From a virus (taxonomy: Duplodnaviria; Caudoviricetes): a DNA stretch of 64,000 nucleotides. Made by a program: the position numbers and the translations under genes. The first letter of the stretch is position 1; every line of letters starts with the position of its first letter. The notes under the pieces were generated by a model. That model searched no databases, was not told where the DNA came from, and was given only the letters and a program-made list of their open reading frames with translations. Positions 1 to 8,979 of this stretch are shown in pieces. Location of the stretch: IMG/VR virus record IMGVR_UViG_3300032227_000993, one strand, 5' to 3'.

Positions 1-1
1 C

Positions 2-808
2 TTTAGCTTGTTTAATAGCAATAGCTCTACGATTGAATCCACCAGCTGCTTCTTTTAACGCTGGCGCAGGTGCTGCTGATGCTGTTGTTGGTGTCGCGGC
101 GGGTGCTGCTGTTGTTTGTTGAGCTATATTATTGAATGCTCCAGCGCCGCCGGTTGGTTTTTTACCTTTGGTTGCTGGTGGTACTCCGCCGACTATTGAC
201 GCAACTTGTTTGTATTGATCGGCGCTGATTAACGCATCTAGTGGTTTTGTTTGTTGTGGCGGAACTTGTTTTGGAGGAACAGCTGGGCTTTCGGCCTCAG
301 CATACCATACACCTTTGTCATCTTTAAAATACTGCCCACCATTTTTAGTTTGTACCATCAACATTTTTCCTGCGTCTGGTAACACTAAACTTAGATCGGC
401 AAATTCAGGAGTTTTAACAAAAGTCTGAGTCATTGTTTGTACTTGTTTTTGTACTTGTTGTTGTGAAGCTTGGGCTTGTTTGTTTTGAGTAGAGGCCGCA
501 GATACATCACCGGCCGCTCTTTTAGCGCCTTGGATTGCATTGGCGCCGGTTAGGCCTAATTTTTTATTAATTGCTTGGCGAGATTTGTCTGCGGCATTTA
601 AAGCATTTTGATTACTTGCTACCGCTCCAGCCATTGGGCTTGTTAGAGCACCTAGTGCTCCTGCGGCACCTGCTATGTTTGGACTTTTTGTGCCGGCACT
701 TGCGCCCTGTTGGAAACCAGTTTTAGCTGCGGTAAAGGCATCTTTGATTCCGCTAAGAATGCCTTCGTCCACCGGCTTACGGCGCTTGGTTAATTCATGA
801 ATTTGCAT
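2..808 (-). CDS. Ala/Gly/Pro-rich hypothetical protein, possibly virion-internal; truncated by the left window edge
   Basis: Not in the ORF track. Manual translation from ATG 808 gives MQIHELTKRRKPVDEGILSGIKDAF..., open to the edge; the start overlaps the stop of 795..1043. Confidence 0.75.
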   Translation of the reverse strand, partial: MQIHELTKRRKPVDEGILSGIKDAFTAAKTGFQQGASAGTKSPNIAGAAGALGALTSPMAGAVASNQNALNAADKSRQAINKKLGLTGANAIQGAKRAAGDVSAASTQNKQAQASQQQVQKQVQTMTQTFVKTPEFADLSLVLPDAGKMLMVQTKNGGQYFKDDKGVWYAEAESPAVPPKQVPPQQTKPLDALISADQYKQVASIVGGVPPATKGKKPTGGAGAFNNIAQQTTAAPAATPTTASAAPAPALKEAAGGFNRRAIAIKQAK

Positions 809-1043
809 CGGTTTTTCTCATGGTGCGAGTAAATTTACCTAGATCGCGCTGATTGATGGCGTTTAATAATTTACGTTTAAGGTTTTCAGCCTGCTCTGGA
901 GAATAGGTTTCATCTATTTGCTCTAACAAGCGAATAGCCGAAGAGATGATGTTAGTAGCACGATTTTCAATAACGTGACGGCTGTCCCGTTCAATGTACA
1001 TACTGTCTAATTCTTCTAATAAACTGCGTGTTTTTTTCTGCAT
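795..1043 (-). CDS. hypothetical phage protein (82 aa)
   Basis: ORF track; preceded by TAAATA motif (1064..1069); overlaps the next gene start. Confidence 0.7.
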   Translation of the reverse strand: MQKKTRSLLEELDSMYIERDSRHVIENRATNIISSAIRLLEQIDETYSPEQAENLKRKLLNAINQRDLGKFTRTMRKTDANS

Positions 1044-1096
1044 TTGGCCAAGACCCTTTTTATTATTTATTACAATTTAGGTAAAGAGTTGTGCTT

Positions 1097-2503
1097 CTAA
1101 CCCTGCTTTATTTGGCCCAACAATGCCTTTAATTTATTGCTATTAACTTCGGCTGTGATTTTAGCAGTATCGCCCTGTTCTTCATCAATTGCTTCGCCAT
1201 TACTGACCCGGCTTTGTGTCTTGATATTGGTGTAAATGTTGGATTTATTAAAGGTACTTGTAGGGCCTGTGTCTTCGCCAATGTCGGTGATGCGCATGGT
1301 TTCAATGCTGTAGCCCAGTTCAACTTTTTGTCCTACGCCACTACTGCTACGAGTTTTCATCAACTGTAAATTGTAGCGTCCACGCTCTTTCATAGCACGA
1401 CTTGTAAAGATACCAAACACGTTATCTGCGGTATTGATCTTACTAATACCACCACTAATATGACTATGATCAAATTCAATTTCTTCTACCGCGGCACGAT
1501 TCAACTGCGACGCTGTCACAAACAATACCTGTAGTTCTCCTGCCAATGTACGAAGTTCTTCTGATACATATTTGTCTTTGACAAACAAGTCATTAGGGCT
1601 AACTTTGGCACTGACCGGCATCAACAAGTCCAAGTAGTCAACACACAAAAAGTCAATTTTGCGACCAGTGGTAACTTGTAATTCTTTCAAATAAGCTCTA
1701 ATATCGTTGACGTTGCTTTGTGCCGGCATATATTTGATTTGTAATCCGCCATGTGTGGCTTTTTGCTTCATTTTAACTTTCATCTCTACTTCGTCAATGT
1801 TTTTAAAGATGTCTGTTGCGGCCACTTCTGTAATCATACTATCGATACGTTTAGCACTCATACTTTCATAAAGTTCTAACGACAAGTAAACTCCATGTAG
1901 TCCTGCTTCAATCCAGTTTACGGCCAAGTTCATCATGAACAAGCTCTTACCCGAGCCGGATCCGCCAGCAAAAATATTAAGTTCGCCACGACTAAAGCCG
2001 CCATACAACAACTTGTCCAAGGTGGGCCAGCCTGTACTTTGCTGACCATTTCCATCCTTGAGTCGCATCAATCGAGCTCTTGGATCATCAAAGTAGTCAG
2101 TGCCAAGATCTTTTTGTAAACTAATCTGTACCGCGTCTTTGATCAGTTTTTCTACCGGCCCAAAGTCGCCCTTTTCTAACAGGTCAGCACTTTTAAGAAT
2201 AGCCCGCTCTAGCTCTTGCTTGCGAGTAAAGCCTTCAAACTCAGTCATGAACCACTCAAAGTGTCCTGAATTTAAATCTGGAATAGATTCTAACTTAACA
2301 CCTGTGGTCGCTGTGATCTGAGCTGGACTCGGCAGCGTTTTGTGCGTGTCTGAATGCTCTTGAATAAACTGTGCCGCATCACGCAAACTGCGATCAAAGT
2401 TTTCAGGATTGTAAATATTTTGTACGCGGACAAAAGATTCTGCGTCTTGGAGCATCATTTCCAAGAATACTTTTTGCACTTCGATGCTATAGTCTTTTAA
2501 CAA
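1097..2503 (-). CDS. replicative DNA helicase, DnaB/T4 gp41-like
   Basis: Walker A AGGSGSGKS, Walker B VDYLDL, TASQLNR motif, K-x-R finger (MKTRSS); adjacent to primase. Confidence 0.93.
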   Translation of the reverse strand: MLKDYSIEVQKVFLEMMLQDAESFVRVQNIYNPENFDRSLRDAAQFIQEHSDTHKTLPSPAQITATTGVKLESIPDLNSGHFEWFMTEFEGFTRKQELERAILKSADLLEKGDFGPVEKLIKDAVQISLQKDLGTDYFDDPRARLMRLKDGNGQQSTGWPTLDKLLYGGFSRGELNIFAGGSGSGKSLFMMNLAVNWIEAGLHGVYLSLELYESMSAKRIDSMITEVAATDIFKNIDEVEMKVKMKQKATHGGLQIKYMPAQSNVNDIRAYLKELQVTTGRKIDFLCVDYLDLLMPVSAKVSPNDLFVKDKYVSEELRTLAGELQVLFVTASQLNRAAVEEIEFDHSHISGGISKINTADNVFGIFTSRAMKERGRYNLQLMKTRSSSGVGQKVELGYSIETMRITDIGEDTGPTSTFNKSNIYTNIKTQSRVSNGEAIDEEQGDTAKITAEVNSNKLKALLGQIKQG

Positions 2504-3467
2504 GTTTCTTCTTCCTTAACTCAATTTTAATCTTACTGGTTTCTCTATGGGCTAATATAATTAGCAAAGTTCCAAGCCTGCCATAATGAATCACGGCATC
2601 GTTTACATCCTTGATTCCTTCGCCCCAGTCGGGCATACTGACTGCCCAGCCTAGCTCTAATGCCCGATCTATCAGGGCCACGCCAGCGGCATCTTGATCA
2701 GGTACTACAGTGATGTCTCGACCTAGACTTTTAATCAGCTGAACTTGCTGTGTATTGATATCATTGTGTAATACGCCCAGGCCGTTGATACTTAATGCGT
2801 CAAATACTCCTTCAACTACAATGGCCTGAGTCCAGTTGGGTTTTTGTAAATCTACTCCAAATACATAACCTGGTTGTGTATCAGAAATAAACTTAGGTTG
2901 GCGATTGTCAATAAACCTTGCTGTATTGCCAACAATAACACCATTGTGTGTGAACGGAATTACAATGCGATTTAGTTCTCTGCCAAGTCCATCAGGTGAC
3001 ACCATGTATGGATAAGCAGTAGGATCTATGCTGCGATTAATCAAATACTCTAGATATTTGTCATGCTGTGGATTATTAATATCCAACATTTCCAAGTCTG
3101 CTGGCAAATCTCGTTCTTCAAACTCCACAGCACGAACCACCTGTTGCCGACTGTCAATGATGCCATGGATGCTTTTGTGTTTCAAACTCTCAAGATTTAT
3201 CATCTCAATGTCTTGTCGGTCCACGCCCAGCCATTCAAGCAACTTACGAGCCTTGTAAGAGATAGGGCGACCAAGAATAAAACTTGCGGTGTAGCCGCAG
3301 TTGAAACAGTGATATGACCATGCGCCGTCTGGGTTGGGTTTCATGCCGCCTCGTTGTCGCTTGTCTTGGCTATCTCCGCGATGGATACAACAGGGTGCGT
3401 TGAAGCTTACCCAGCCAGAGCTAGTGTGTTTCTTTTTGCCAGGTAAAAAGGATAAGACATCAATCAT
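2487..3467 (-). CDS. DNA primase, T4 gp61-like
   Basis: N-terminal Zn-binding CCIH...HCFNCG; TOPRIM VVEGVFDA and DQDAAG. Confidence 0.9.
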   Translation of the reverse strand: MIDVLSFLPGKKKHTSSGWVSFNAPCCIHRGDSQDKRQRGGMKPNPDGAWSYHCFNCGYTASFILGRPISYKARKLLEWLGVDRQDIEMINLESLKHKSIHGIIDSRQQVVRAVEFEERDLPADLEMLDINNPQHDKYLEYLINRSIDPTAYPYMVSPDGLGRELNRIVIPFTHNGVIVGNTARFIDNRQPKFISDTQPGYVFGVDLQKPNWTQAIVVEGVFDALSINGLGVLHNDINTQQVQLIKSLGRDITVVPDQDAAGVALIDRALELGWAVSMPDWGEGIKDVNDAVIHYGRLGTLLIILAHRETSKIKIELRKKKLVKRL

Positions 3468-3473
3468 GCTACT

Positions 3474-3502
3474 ATTATAGCATAGATTGTGTTAAGAATC
3501 AA
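3474..3502 (-). promoter_or_regulatory. sigma70-type promoter for primase (leaderless)
   Basis: TTGATT-17 nt-TATAAT with TGn extension; ATG 6 nt after the -10. Confidence 0.7.
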
Positions 3503-3505
3503 TAC

Positions 3506-4693
3506 TTAACGGTAAAAAAGATTTTCTACATAACCAGTAGAAATGGCCACAAAGGCGCCTTGATTGGCTGGGGGTACTGGATAAGCTGCTGGGTTTATTC
3601 CGCCGGATGGAATTGGCCAATAACCAGAACCACCAGTTAGGACCTCAATGCTGTCTACGGTTCCGTAACCAAGACCGGCCTGTGGGTGACCGGGTGGGTA
3701 TGTTTGGCTCATAATGGCACGGGCAGTTGCGCCAGCGCCATCACCCAAGATACTGATTTTTGGAGGTGCCAAGTAACCAGCGCCACCGTTGGTCACTTCA
3801 ATTGACGTTAGTACCCCATTGTTACATACAGCATAGGCCACAGCCGGAACACCCGGTGGAGTTGGCGTAGCAAATATTGAGCTATTGAAACATAAACGTA
3901 ACAATGGATACCATCCCTCTACGTTCAGATAGATAGTTTTTGTTTCGTTGTAATAGGTAGTACTTTCAGAAATATTACGCCAAACACTCTGATAATTTTC
4001 TGCCCATTGCGCTTTGATGGTTCCTGTGTACTGATCAAGATCCATTTGAATTGTGGTCAGTGGCGAACGTGGAGCAATAAAACTTGAGTAGAATTCTGTA
4101 TTGAGCCACGAGTTGTAGTAGGTGCCATCACCGTCGCCATTCCAATATGGATTTCCTGCCCAGTCTGGCCAATTCTGTGGGCCAGCGCCATCAACTGATG
4201 CTTGTGCTGTTAATTTAATTGTGGGAATTGTAAGCGGAGTGCTAGGTACAAACCGTGGAAATACTGAATTTACTAAATCTAACGGAGCTCTTGCTCCAGA
4301 TTGTGCGTTAGTAAATACAGCTTGGTTTAAATTACCGCTGGCACAAGTAATTCCATAACTGGCCGGCTGTGCTTGAATTTCTAACAGGTCGCTGGCTGGA
4401 ATAGTAACCTTGACTTGTCCTGTAAGAGAGTTAAGAATTACCATGTCATATTCTAAAAGAATAACTGTTCCTGCCTGATTCATTACTCGGAATTTAAAGG
4501 CACTACCAGTTACATTTACTGGTTTTTCGTCTTGATTTACAAAGGCAAATAACAATACATTGTCAATACCTAGGTTAATTGTTAGTCTTTTTGCGTACAC
4601 TGGGTTATACCTTGCTGTAAAAAATTGCCCGCTTGAATCTAACAGTAATACCTGTGTCCGTTGTTGATAGAGGTAGGCTGTGGTAGAATACAT
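3506..4693 (-). CDS. putative virion structural protein (beta-rich, baseplate/tail-like)
   Basis: 395-aa ORF; C-terminal IEVTNGGAGYLAPPKISILGDGAGATARA motif typical of phage tail/baseplate proteins; TAAATA late-type motif upstream. Confidence 0.5.
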   Translation of the reverse strand: MYSTTAYLYQQRTQVLLLDSSGQFFTARYNPVYAKRLTINLGIDNVLLFAFVNQDEKPVNVTGSAFKFRVMNQAGTVILLEYDMVILNSLTGQVKVTIPASDLLEIQAQPASYGITCASGNLNQAVFTNAQSGARAPLDLVNSVFPRFVPSTPLTIPTIKLTAQASVDGAGPQNWPDWAGNPYWNGDGDGTYYNSWLNTEFYSSFIAPRSPLTTIQMDLDQYTGTIKAQWAENYQSVWRNISESTTYYNETKTIYLNVEGWYPLLRLCFNSSIFATPTPPGVPAVAYAVCNNGVLTSIEVTNGGAGYLAPPKISILGDGAGATARAIMSQTYPPGHPQAGLGYGTVDSIEVLTGGSGYWPIPSGGINPAAYPVPPANQGAFVAISTGYVENLFYR

Positions 4694-4699
4694 ACATAC

Positions 4700-4741
4700 T
4701 ATTTAGCAAGAAATCTTTCCAGATTATTTTAGACATAAATA
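4700..4741. promoter_or_regulatory. divergent pair of late-type TAAATA motifs
   Basis: TAAATA on minus at 4700..4705 (6 nt before ATG 4693) and on plus at 4736..4741 (before the gene at 4761). Confidence 0.55.
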
Positions 4742-4760
4742 TGGCATACAATAAAAACAA

Positions 4761-5141
4761 ATGGCCAACGAAATCTTTGATAAACTAGCAGACAAATACC
4801 CGTTTATAACGCTGTGTGTTTACGCCTCCACAGAATACGTAGGAATCATACAAAACCGCGATGATGCTATTACTACAATATACGACTTTGGTAGCATCAG
4901 CGATTTGGAATCTAAAAAGAAATTTTTAGAATTAGCCAATATTTGGTGGTGGGAAAGCAATCGTAGTATTCCTATCAATATCTTTTTAAAGCAAGAATGG
5001 GATCCGTTTAAGTTTTGTATTCGCACCTTTGCCAACAAGGATTTAGAGGTACTACACGGTCCTGTTTGCAGTCTAGCAGAAATGTCTCGTAAAAAGTCCA
5101 AGCGTAAATCTATCACACTTGTACGTCGGATGCCTGACTGA
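4761..5141 (+). CDS. hypothetical phage protein (126 aa, WWWES motif, basic C-terminus)
   Basis: ORF track; own TAAATA motif; protein-like composition. Confidence 0.7.
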   Translation: MANEIFDKLADKYPFITLCVYASTEYVGIIQNRDDAITTIYDFGSISDLESKKKFLELANIWWWESNRSIPINIFLKQEWDPFKFCIRTFANKDLEVLHGPVCSLAEMSRKKSKRKSITLVRRMPD

Positions 5142-5694
5142 GCAAGTTCATATGTAATGCCACCAACGCCGCATAAGAGATCGAATGCGAGTGTTTAAAA
5201 GTAAACCCTTTGCTGCTATCTCCGTCCCAAACTGTGGCAAAAACTTCAGACCAAGGACGATTCTGTAGGTGTGCTTTGCCTGGTCGAATGATCGCAATAA
5301 ATGCCGCCATCCTGGTGATACTATCCGGTTTCATGACAGCCAACAAGTCTGTGTAGTTGCCAACGTGTACCAGCTGTTTTGCCCACTCTGGGTCTGTCCA
5401 TAGCCGGCTCCAATCGGGCTCTTGACTTAATAATTGCTCATATTGTTCTTGAGATTTAATTAACTGGTACACGGACATATTAAGCAAATCAATTTTAAAG
5501 TAGCCACGTTTCTCTGCTTCTTCGTAATCTATGGCGGCGCATTGATTAACTGGATCATACGGAATGTCTGTGACATAGACTCCAGAATTATGACGACGAA
5601 CTGTACCTTGATGCAATTGACGTGCCGGCGTGGCATTAATTAATCGTAATACCTGCTCTCTATCTGGAACGTCAATATCAATATCAGCTGACAT
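5113..5694 (-). CDS. miniature DNA polymerase III alpha (DnaE)-like protein, 193 aa
   Basis: DnaE motifs in the correct order: ADIDID (D4/D6), RHNSGV, GYFKIDLL (D69), IAIIRPGK, FTFKHSHSISYA. Start set at ATG 5694 (TAATG overlap with the upstream stop). Confidence 0.85.
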   Translation of the reverse strand: MSADIDIDVPDREQVLRLINATPARQLHQGTVRRHNSGVYVTDIPYDPVNQCAAIDYEEAEKRGYFKIDLLNMSVYQLIKSQEQYEQLLSQEPDWSRLWTDPEWAKQLVHVGNYTDLLAVMKPDSITRMAAFIAIIRPGKAHLQNRPWSEVFATVWDGDSSKGFTFKHSHSISYAALVALHMNLLSQASDVQV

Positions 5695-6422
5695 TACCAA
5701 CCTGCTTTCTTAAGTATTTCTTGCGCAAATTGTTGATCTTCGGGATATTCTCTAAATTTTTTATTCCAAAAGTCTGCGTCAATGTAGGCCCAAATCATTG
5801 CTACTTGTTCTGGTGTGAGTCCTGCTAAAAACTTTTGTCCTGACTCACAGTTGTAAACTACCCAAGGACTGATACGTCCGCCAGTGATAGCATAACACAT
5901 GACGTTGGTATTACCATACCGTAAACAATCTTGACTTGGATGTCTGTGTATTTCTGCCCAGTCAACTGAATATTCGATGGCTCTTGCCAGGGCATCTGAC
6001 ACCGCTTCAATCTTGAGATAGCCCATTAAATATTCTGTGTAAACACTATCCTTGGCCCAGTAATCAATTTTTTTATTTTGTTTTAACAACCACTCAATAA
6101 ATCTTGGTGGGTTGATTGCTTTAATTTCTACGCAATAACGACCAAACTTGACAAAGGCTTTGTAGTATGGCGATTCAGCAAATTCTTCATATGTTTTTTT
6201 CTTAGTAGAACTTTGCGTTAGTTCATAAAATTTCAAGTACGCATGGAAACCTAAGCGAACACCGGGTTCTTCTTTGGACATAAAACGCTTGCGTGGCTCG
6301 CACGAATGTATAGCCAATGACGCTTCCTTAACAAAATCTTTTTTACAATACTGACATCTATATTTCATATCTGTACGTTTGTAAGTTGCTAGGTTTGCGA
6401 TTGCGTTTGCGGCGTCGGTCAT
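5694..6422 (-). CDS. zinc-finger-containing replication protein (possible helicase loader)
   Basis: CQYC...H..C motif near the N-terminus; sits within the replication cluster. Confidence 0.55.
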   Translation of the reverse strand: MTDAANAIANLATYKRTDMKYRCQYCKKDFVKEASLAIHSCEPRKRFMSKEEPGVRLGFHAYLKFYELTQSSTKKKTYEEFAESPYYKAFVKFGRYCVEIKAINPPRFIEWLLKQNKKIDYWAKDSVYTEYLMGYLKIEAVSDALARAIEYSVDWAEIHRHPSQDCLRYGNTNVMCYAITGGRISPWVVYNCESGQKFLAGLTPEQVAMIWAYIDADFWNKKFREYPEDQQFAQEILKKAGW

Positions 6423-6871
6423 TTCTTCTTGGCTTCTTGGCCAGCTTCTTTTAAGTAAGCGTCGATATCTTTTTTAGTATTAATCTTGGACATTAGTTCT
6501 ATTTCATCGTCCTTCATTCCAGGATAAAGTTCAACTAATTGTTTTCTAATACTACTTTCGCCGGCTTCTTTTTTCTTGGGACTAATCCAGGTATGCCTAA
6601 AATTACCCATGCCAGGACTTACGGTTGTGGCAGTCAACCACTGTAATTGCGGATGTTTGTTAATGTCAAAAAAGTGTTTATTAAGTCGCTCGTTGGTGGC
6701 AACCAGATAAAAATGTTGCAGATCTGTGCTGCCTTGTACACTACTTCCCCAGCGTATCATTAGATAATTGGAGAATTTTTTACGCTCTTCGTCGGTTAAC
6801 GAATTGTAAAATTCTCTATCTTTGCTGTCAAAACAGCGCATTTCATTTGCGATGTTTAGCTTGTCTGTCAT
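6419..6871 (-). CDS. probable clamp loader small subunit (T4 gp62-like)
   Basis: Size and motif layout (FSNYLMIRW...LQW...HTWISPKKK...LYPGMKDDEIEL) reminiscent of gp62; replication context. Confidence 0.45.
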   Translation of the reverse strand: MTDKLNIANEMRCFDSKDREFYNSLTDEERKKFSNYLMIRWGSSVQGSTDLQHFYLVATNERLNKHFFDINKHPQLQWLTATTVSPGMGNFRHTWISPKKKEAGESSIRKQLVELYPGMKDDEIELMSKINTKKDIDAYLKEAGQEAKKK

Positions 6872-7371
6872 TAAAATGCCTTGTTGTAATCTACAATCTC
6901 ACAGTTGCGACTAACGTCTTTGACAAAGTAAACACACTCTGGATGATCGCCTTCGCCCAATGGCACACATAACATCTGTCCGTTTTTTAGCTTAGGAGCA
7001 TACCACGCTACATCTTGATACACATCTAGTATTTCTACATCTAAGAAACTTGGCCTAAAACTTGACAGCGGATTAAACTGAAATGCCTTGAATCCGCGGT
7101 CGTTAAGTGCCGACAGCGGAATAACTTCCAAGTCGCCTAGGTCTGGTTCGCCGATCAGCAGTTGCCAGTCCACAGGCATACGCACACGATGGTCGCCAAT
7201 ACGCAATACCAGAGCTGGTGCGTTGAACGATTCTAAAAATATCAACGGAATGTAGTGATAATCTGGGTCTTGCGGATTGCTATTATCTAAGATAGCAAAT
7301 CGCATATCATCTACTTCTTCTGGTAAATGATCTAAATCGTAAGGGCTATTATCAAGCGTTAATATTCTCAT
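6871..7371 (-). CDS. hypothetical phage protein (166 aa)
   Basis: Start re-set to ATG 7371 (MRILTLDN), which lies 6 nt after a TACAAT -10 box (7378..7383). Confidence 0.75.
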   Translation of the reverse strand: MRILTLDNSPYDLDHLPEEVDDMRFAILDNSNPQDPDYHYIPLIFLESFNAPALVLRIGDHRVRMPVDWQLLIGEPDLGDLEVIPLSALNDRGFKAFQFNPLSSFRPSFLDVEILDVYQDVAWYAPKLKNGQMLCVPLGEGDHPECVYFVKDVSRNCEIVDYNKAF

Positions 7372-7420
7372 ACTGCTATTGTACTTTCTTAAGTTAACTA
7401 ATGCGACCATTTAGGTTGCC

Positions 7421-7470
7421 AAACAAGCATAGGCACAACGCCCTACCGGAGAACTGTACCTATGATGTTT
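7421..7470 (-). terminator. long imperfect RNA hairpin after uvsW (terminator or processing site)
   Basis: Arms aaacatcataggtaca / tgtgcctatgcttgttt pair on the minus strand with G-U wobbles. Confidence 0.45.
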
Positions 7471-8930
7471 TACTTCCATTCTAACTTTTCCTGGGTAAAA
7501 GGATAGTTTGCTTCGCGATAGAAAACTTTACGTTTGGTCAAGTGTCGTTTGGCAAATTTACAGGTGCTTGTAACGTCCCAGATTTGTACATGGTCTTTAT
7601 CTTCGGCTTTTCGTATGCCTCGTCCGATGCTTTGGATGACTCGAACAAATGACTTGCCCGGCTCCACAAGTACAAGATTAAAAATACGAGGAATGTTAAT
7701 ACCTACAGCAGCAACACCATAGGTGGCCACAATAATTTTATCATCTACATCTGCTACTTCAGCATATTCTTCGTCGCGTTTTGTTCCTTTGGTTGCTCCT
7801 GATACAAATACAGCACGGTCGCCTAGTCTCTCAACCAGTGCGTGTCCTGCGGCCACACGGTCTACTAGGACCAAGGTATTGCCTGTGGCTTTGACTTTTT
7901 CTACAAGAGCGGCCACTGTGTCTAATCTGCCTGTGTCCTCTAGTAAAAATTTAAGTTCTGATTGATAGTTACTAAACTCTGCGTGATCAACCAACTGCAC
8001 AATGTTCACATGGCATTGTGCCAGTACTCCGCGGTCTTGTAGTTCACTAGCAGACAGTTGGTTGATTACAGGGCCTAGACTACAGCGTAGTGCTTGGAAT
8101 TCGTAAGGCTCTTTGGGTACTGTGCCTGTGAGTCCCCAACGGATCGGCACCCGGGCCATAATGGTAGTTAGTAATGTTTTAAGTGCGTCGGCTTTGGCCA
8201 TGTGCACTTCGTCCACCATAACACAAACTACACCTTCCAAGAAGTCTTGAATCGTTTCTGTAGCCACACCATTCTTGGTATTCTTTAGCAACACGTTGAG
8301 ACTTTGCCAGGTACAAATGGTGTGTGTTTTGTTCCATTCTTTACGATCTCCAAAATAAACACCCACATCTAGACCAAGACCAATGTAATCTTTTTCTGTT
8401 TGTGTCACTAACGATTTGTTTGGAACGATAACAATAGTACGACCCAGGTGTTCGCATCGTTGGCTTAGAGATGCTGTCATAATAGTTTTGCCAGCGCCGG
8501 TGGCAATTTCCTGGATTGACTGCGGGTTCTCTAAAAAGTTGTTGATAATTTCTACTTGATAGTCACGTAGCCTAATAGGCTGTCCTTCCATGGGATGCCC
8601 CTTGGCCCACATAATATGCGAGAACGTATCTTCAGTTACTCGCTCAAAATCAACAGTGGTAGAATAATCACGCTGATCATCTAGCTCAATATCATAATTA
8701 AAATTTTCTAAGATTGGAACAATTTCTGGAAGCAGATTAGTGTAAGTGCTACCGCCCAACTGGAAGTATGCTACCTTGCCATCCCATCTTCCTAACCTTA
8801 CTGCCGGTTGATATCTGGCGCCAGGCACTTCATATTTAAATGTGTTGACCAGTTTTTTCCGTGCGTCAAGCTCAAGTCCTTCGATCTTGATATTGACTTC
8901 ATCTTTGATAATAATCGTAGCTGTTCTCAT
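7470..8930 (-). CDS. uvsW: UvsW-like SF2 DNA helicase
   Basis: LRDYQ Q-motif, ATGAGKT, DEVH, TGT, QSIGRGIR; 486 aa. Confidence 0.9.
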   Translation of the reverse strand: MRTATIIIKDEVNIKIEGLELDARKKLVNTFKYEVPGARYQPAVRLGRWDGKVAYFQLGGSTYTNLLPEIVPILENFNYDIELDDQRDYSTTVDFERVTEDTFSHIMWAKGHPMEGQPIRLRDYQVEIINNFLENPQSIQEIATGAGKTIMTASLSQRCEHLGRTIVIVPNKSLVTQTEKDYIGLGLDVGVYFGDRKEWNKTHTICTWQSLNVLLKNTKNGVATETIQDFLEGVVCVMVDEVHMAKADALKTLLTTIMARVPIRWGLTGTVPKEPYEFQALRCSLGPVINQLSASELQDRGVLAQCHVNIVQLVDHAEFSNYQSELKFLLEDTGRLDTVAALVEKVKATGNTLVLVDRVAAGHALVERLGDRAVFVSGATKGTKRDEEYAEVADVDDKIIVATYGVAAVGINIPRIFNLVLVEPGKSFVRVIQSIGRGIRKAEDKDHVQIWDVTSTCKFAKRHLTKRKVFYREANYPFTQEKLEWK

Positions 8931-8938
8931 GATATAAT

Positions 8939-8966
8939 AGTATACACGATACTGTGTGGTTTTACA
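8939..8966 (-). promoter_or_regulatory. sigma70-type promoter for uvsW
   Basis: TTGTAA-16 nt-TATACT; ATG 8 nt downstream. Confidence 0.5.
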
Positions 8967-8979
8967 ACGATTACGGTAA

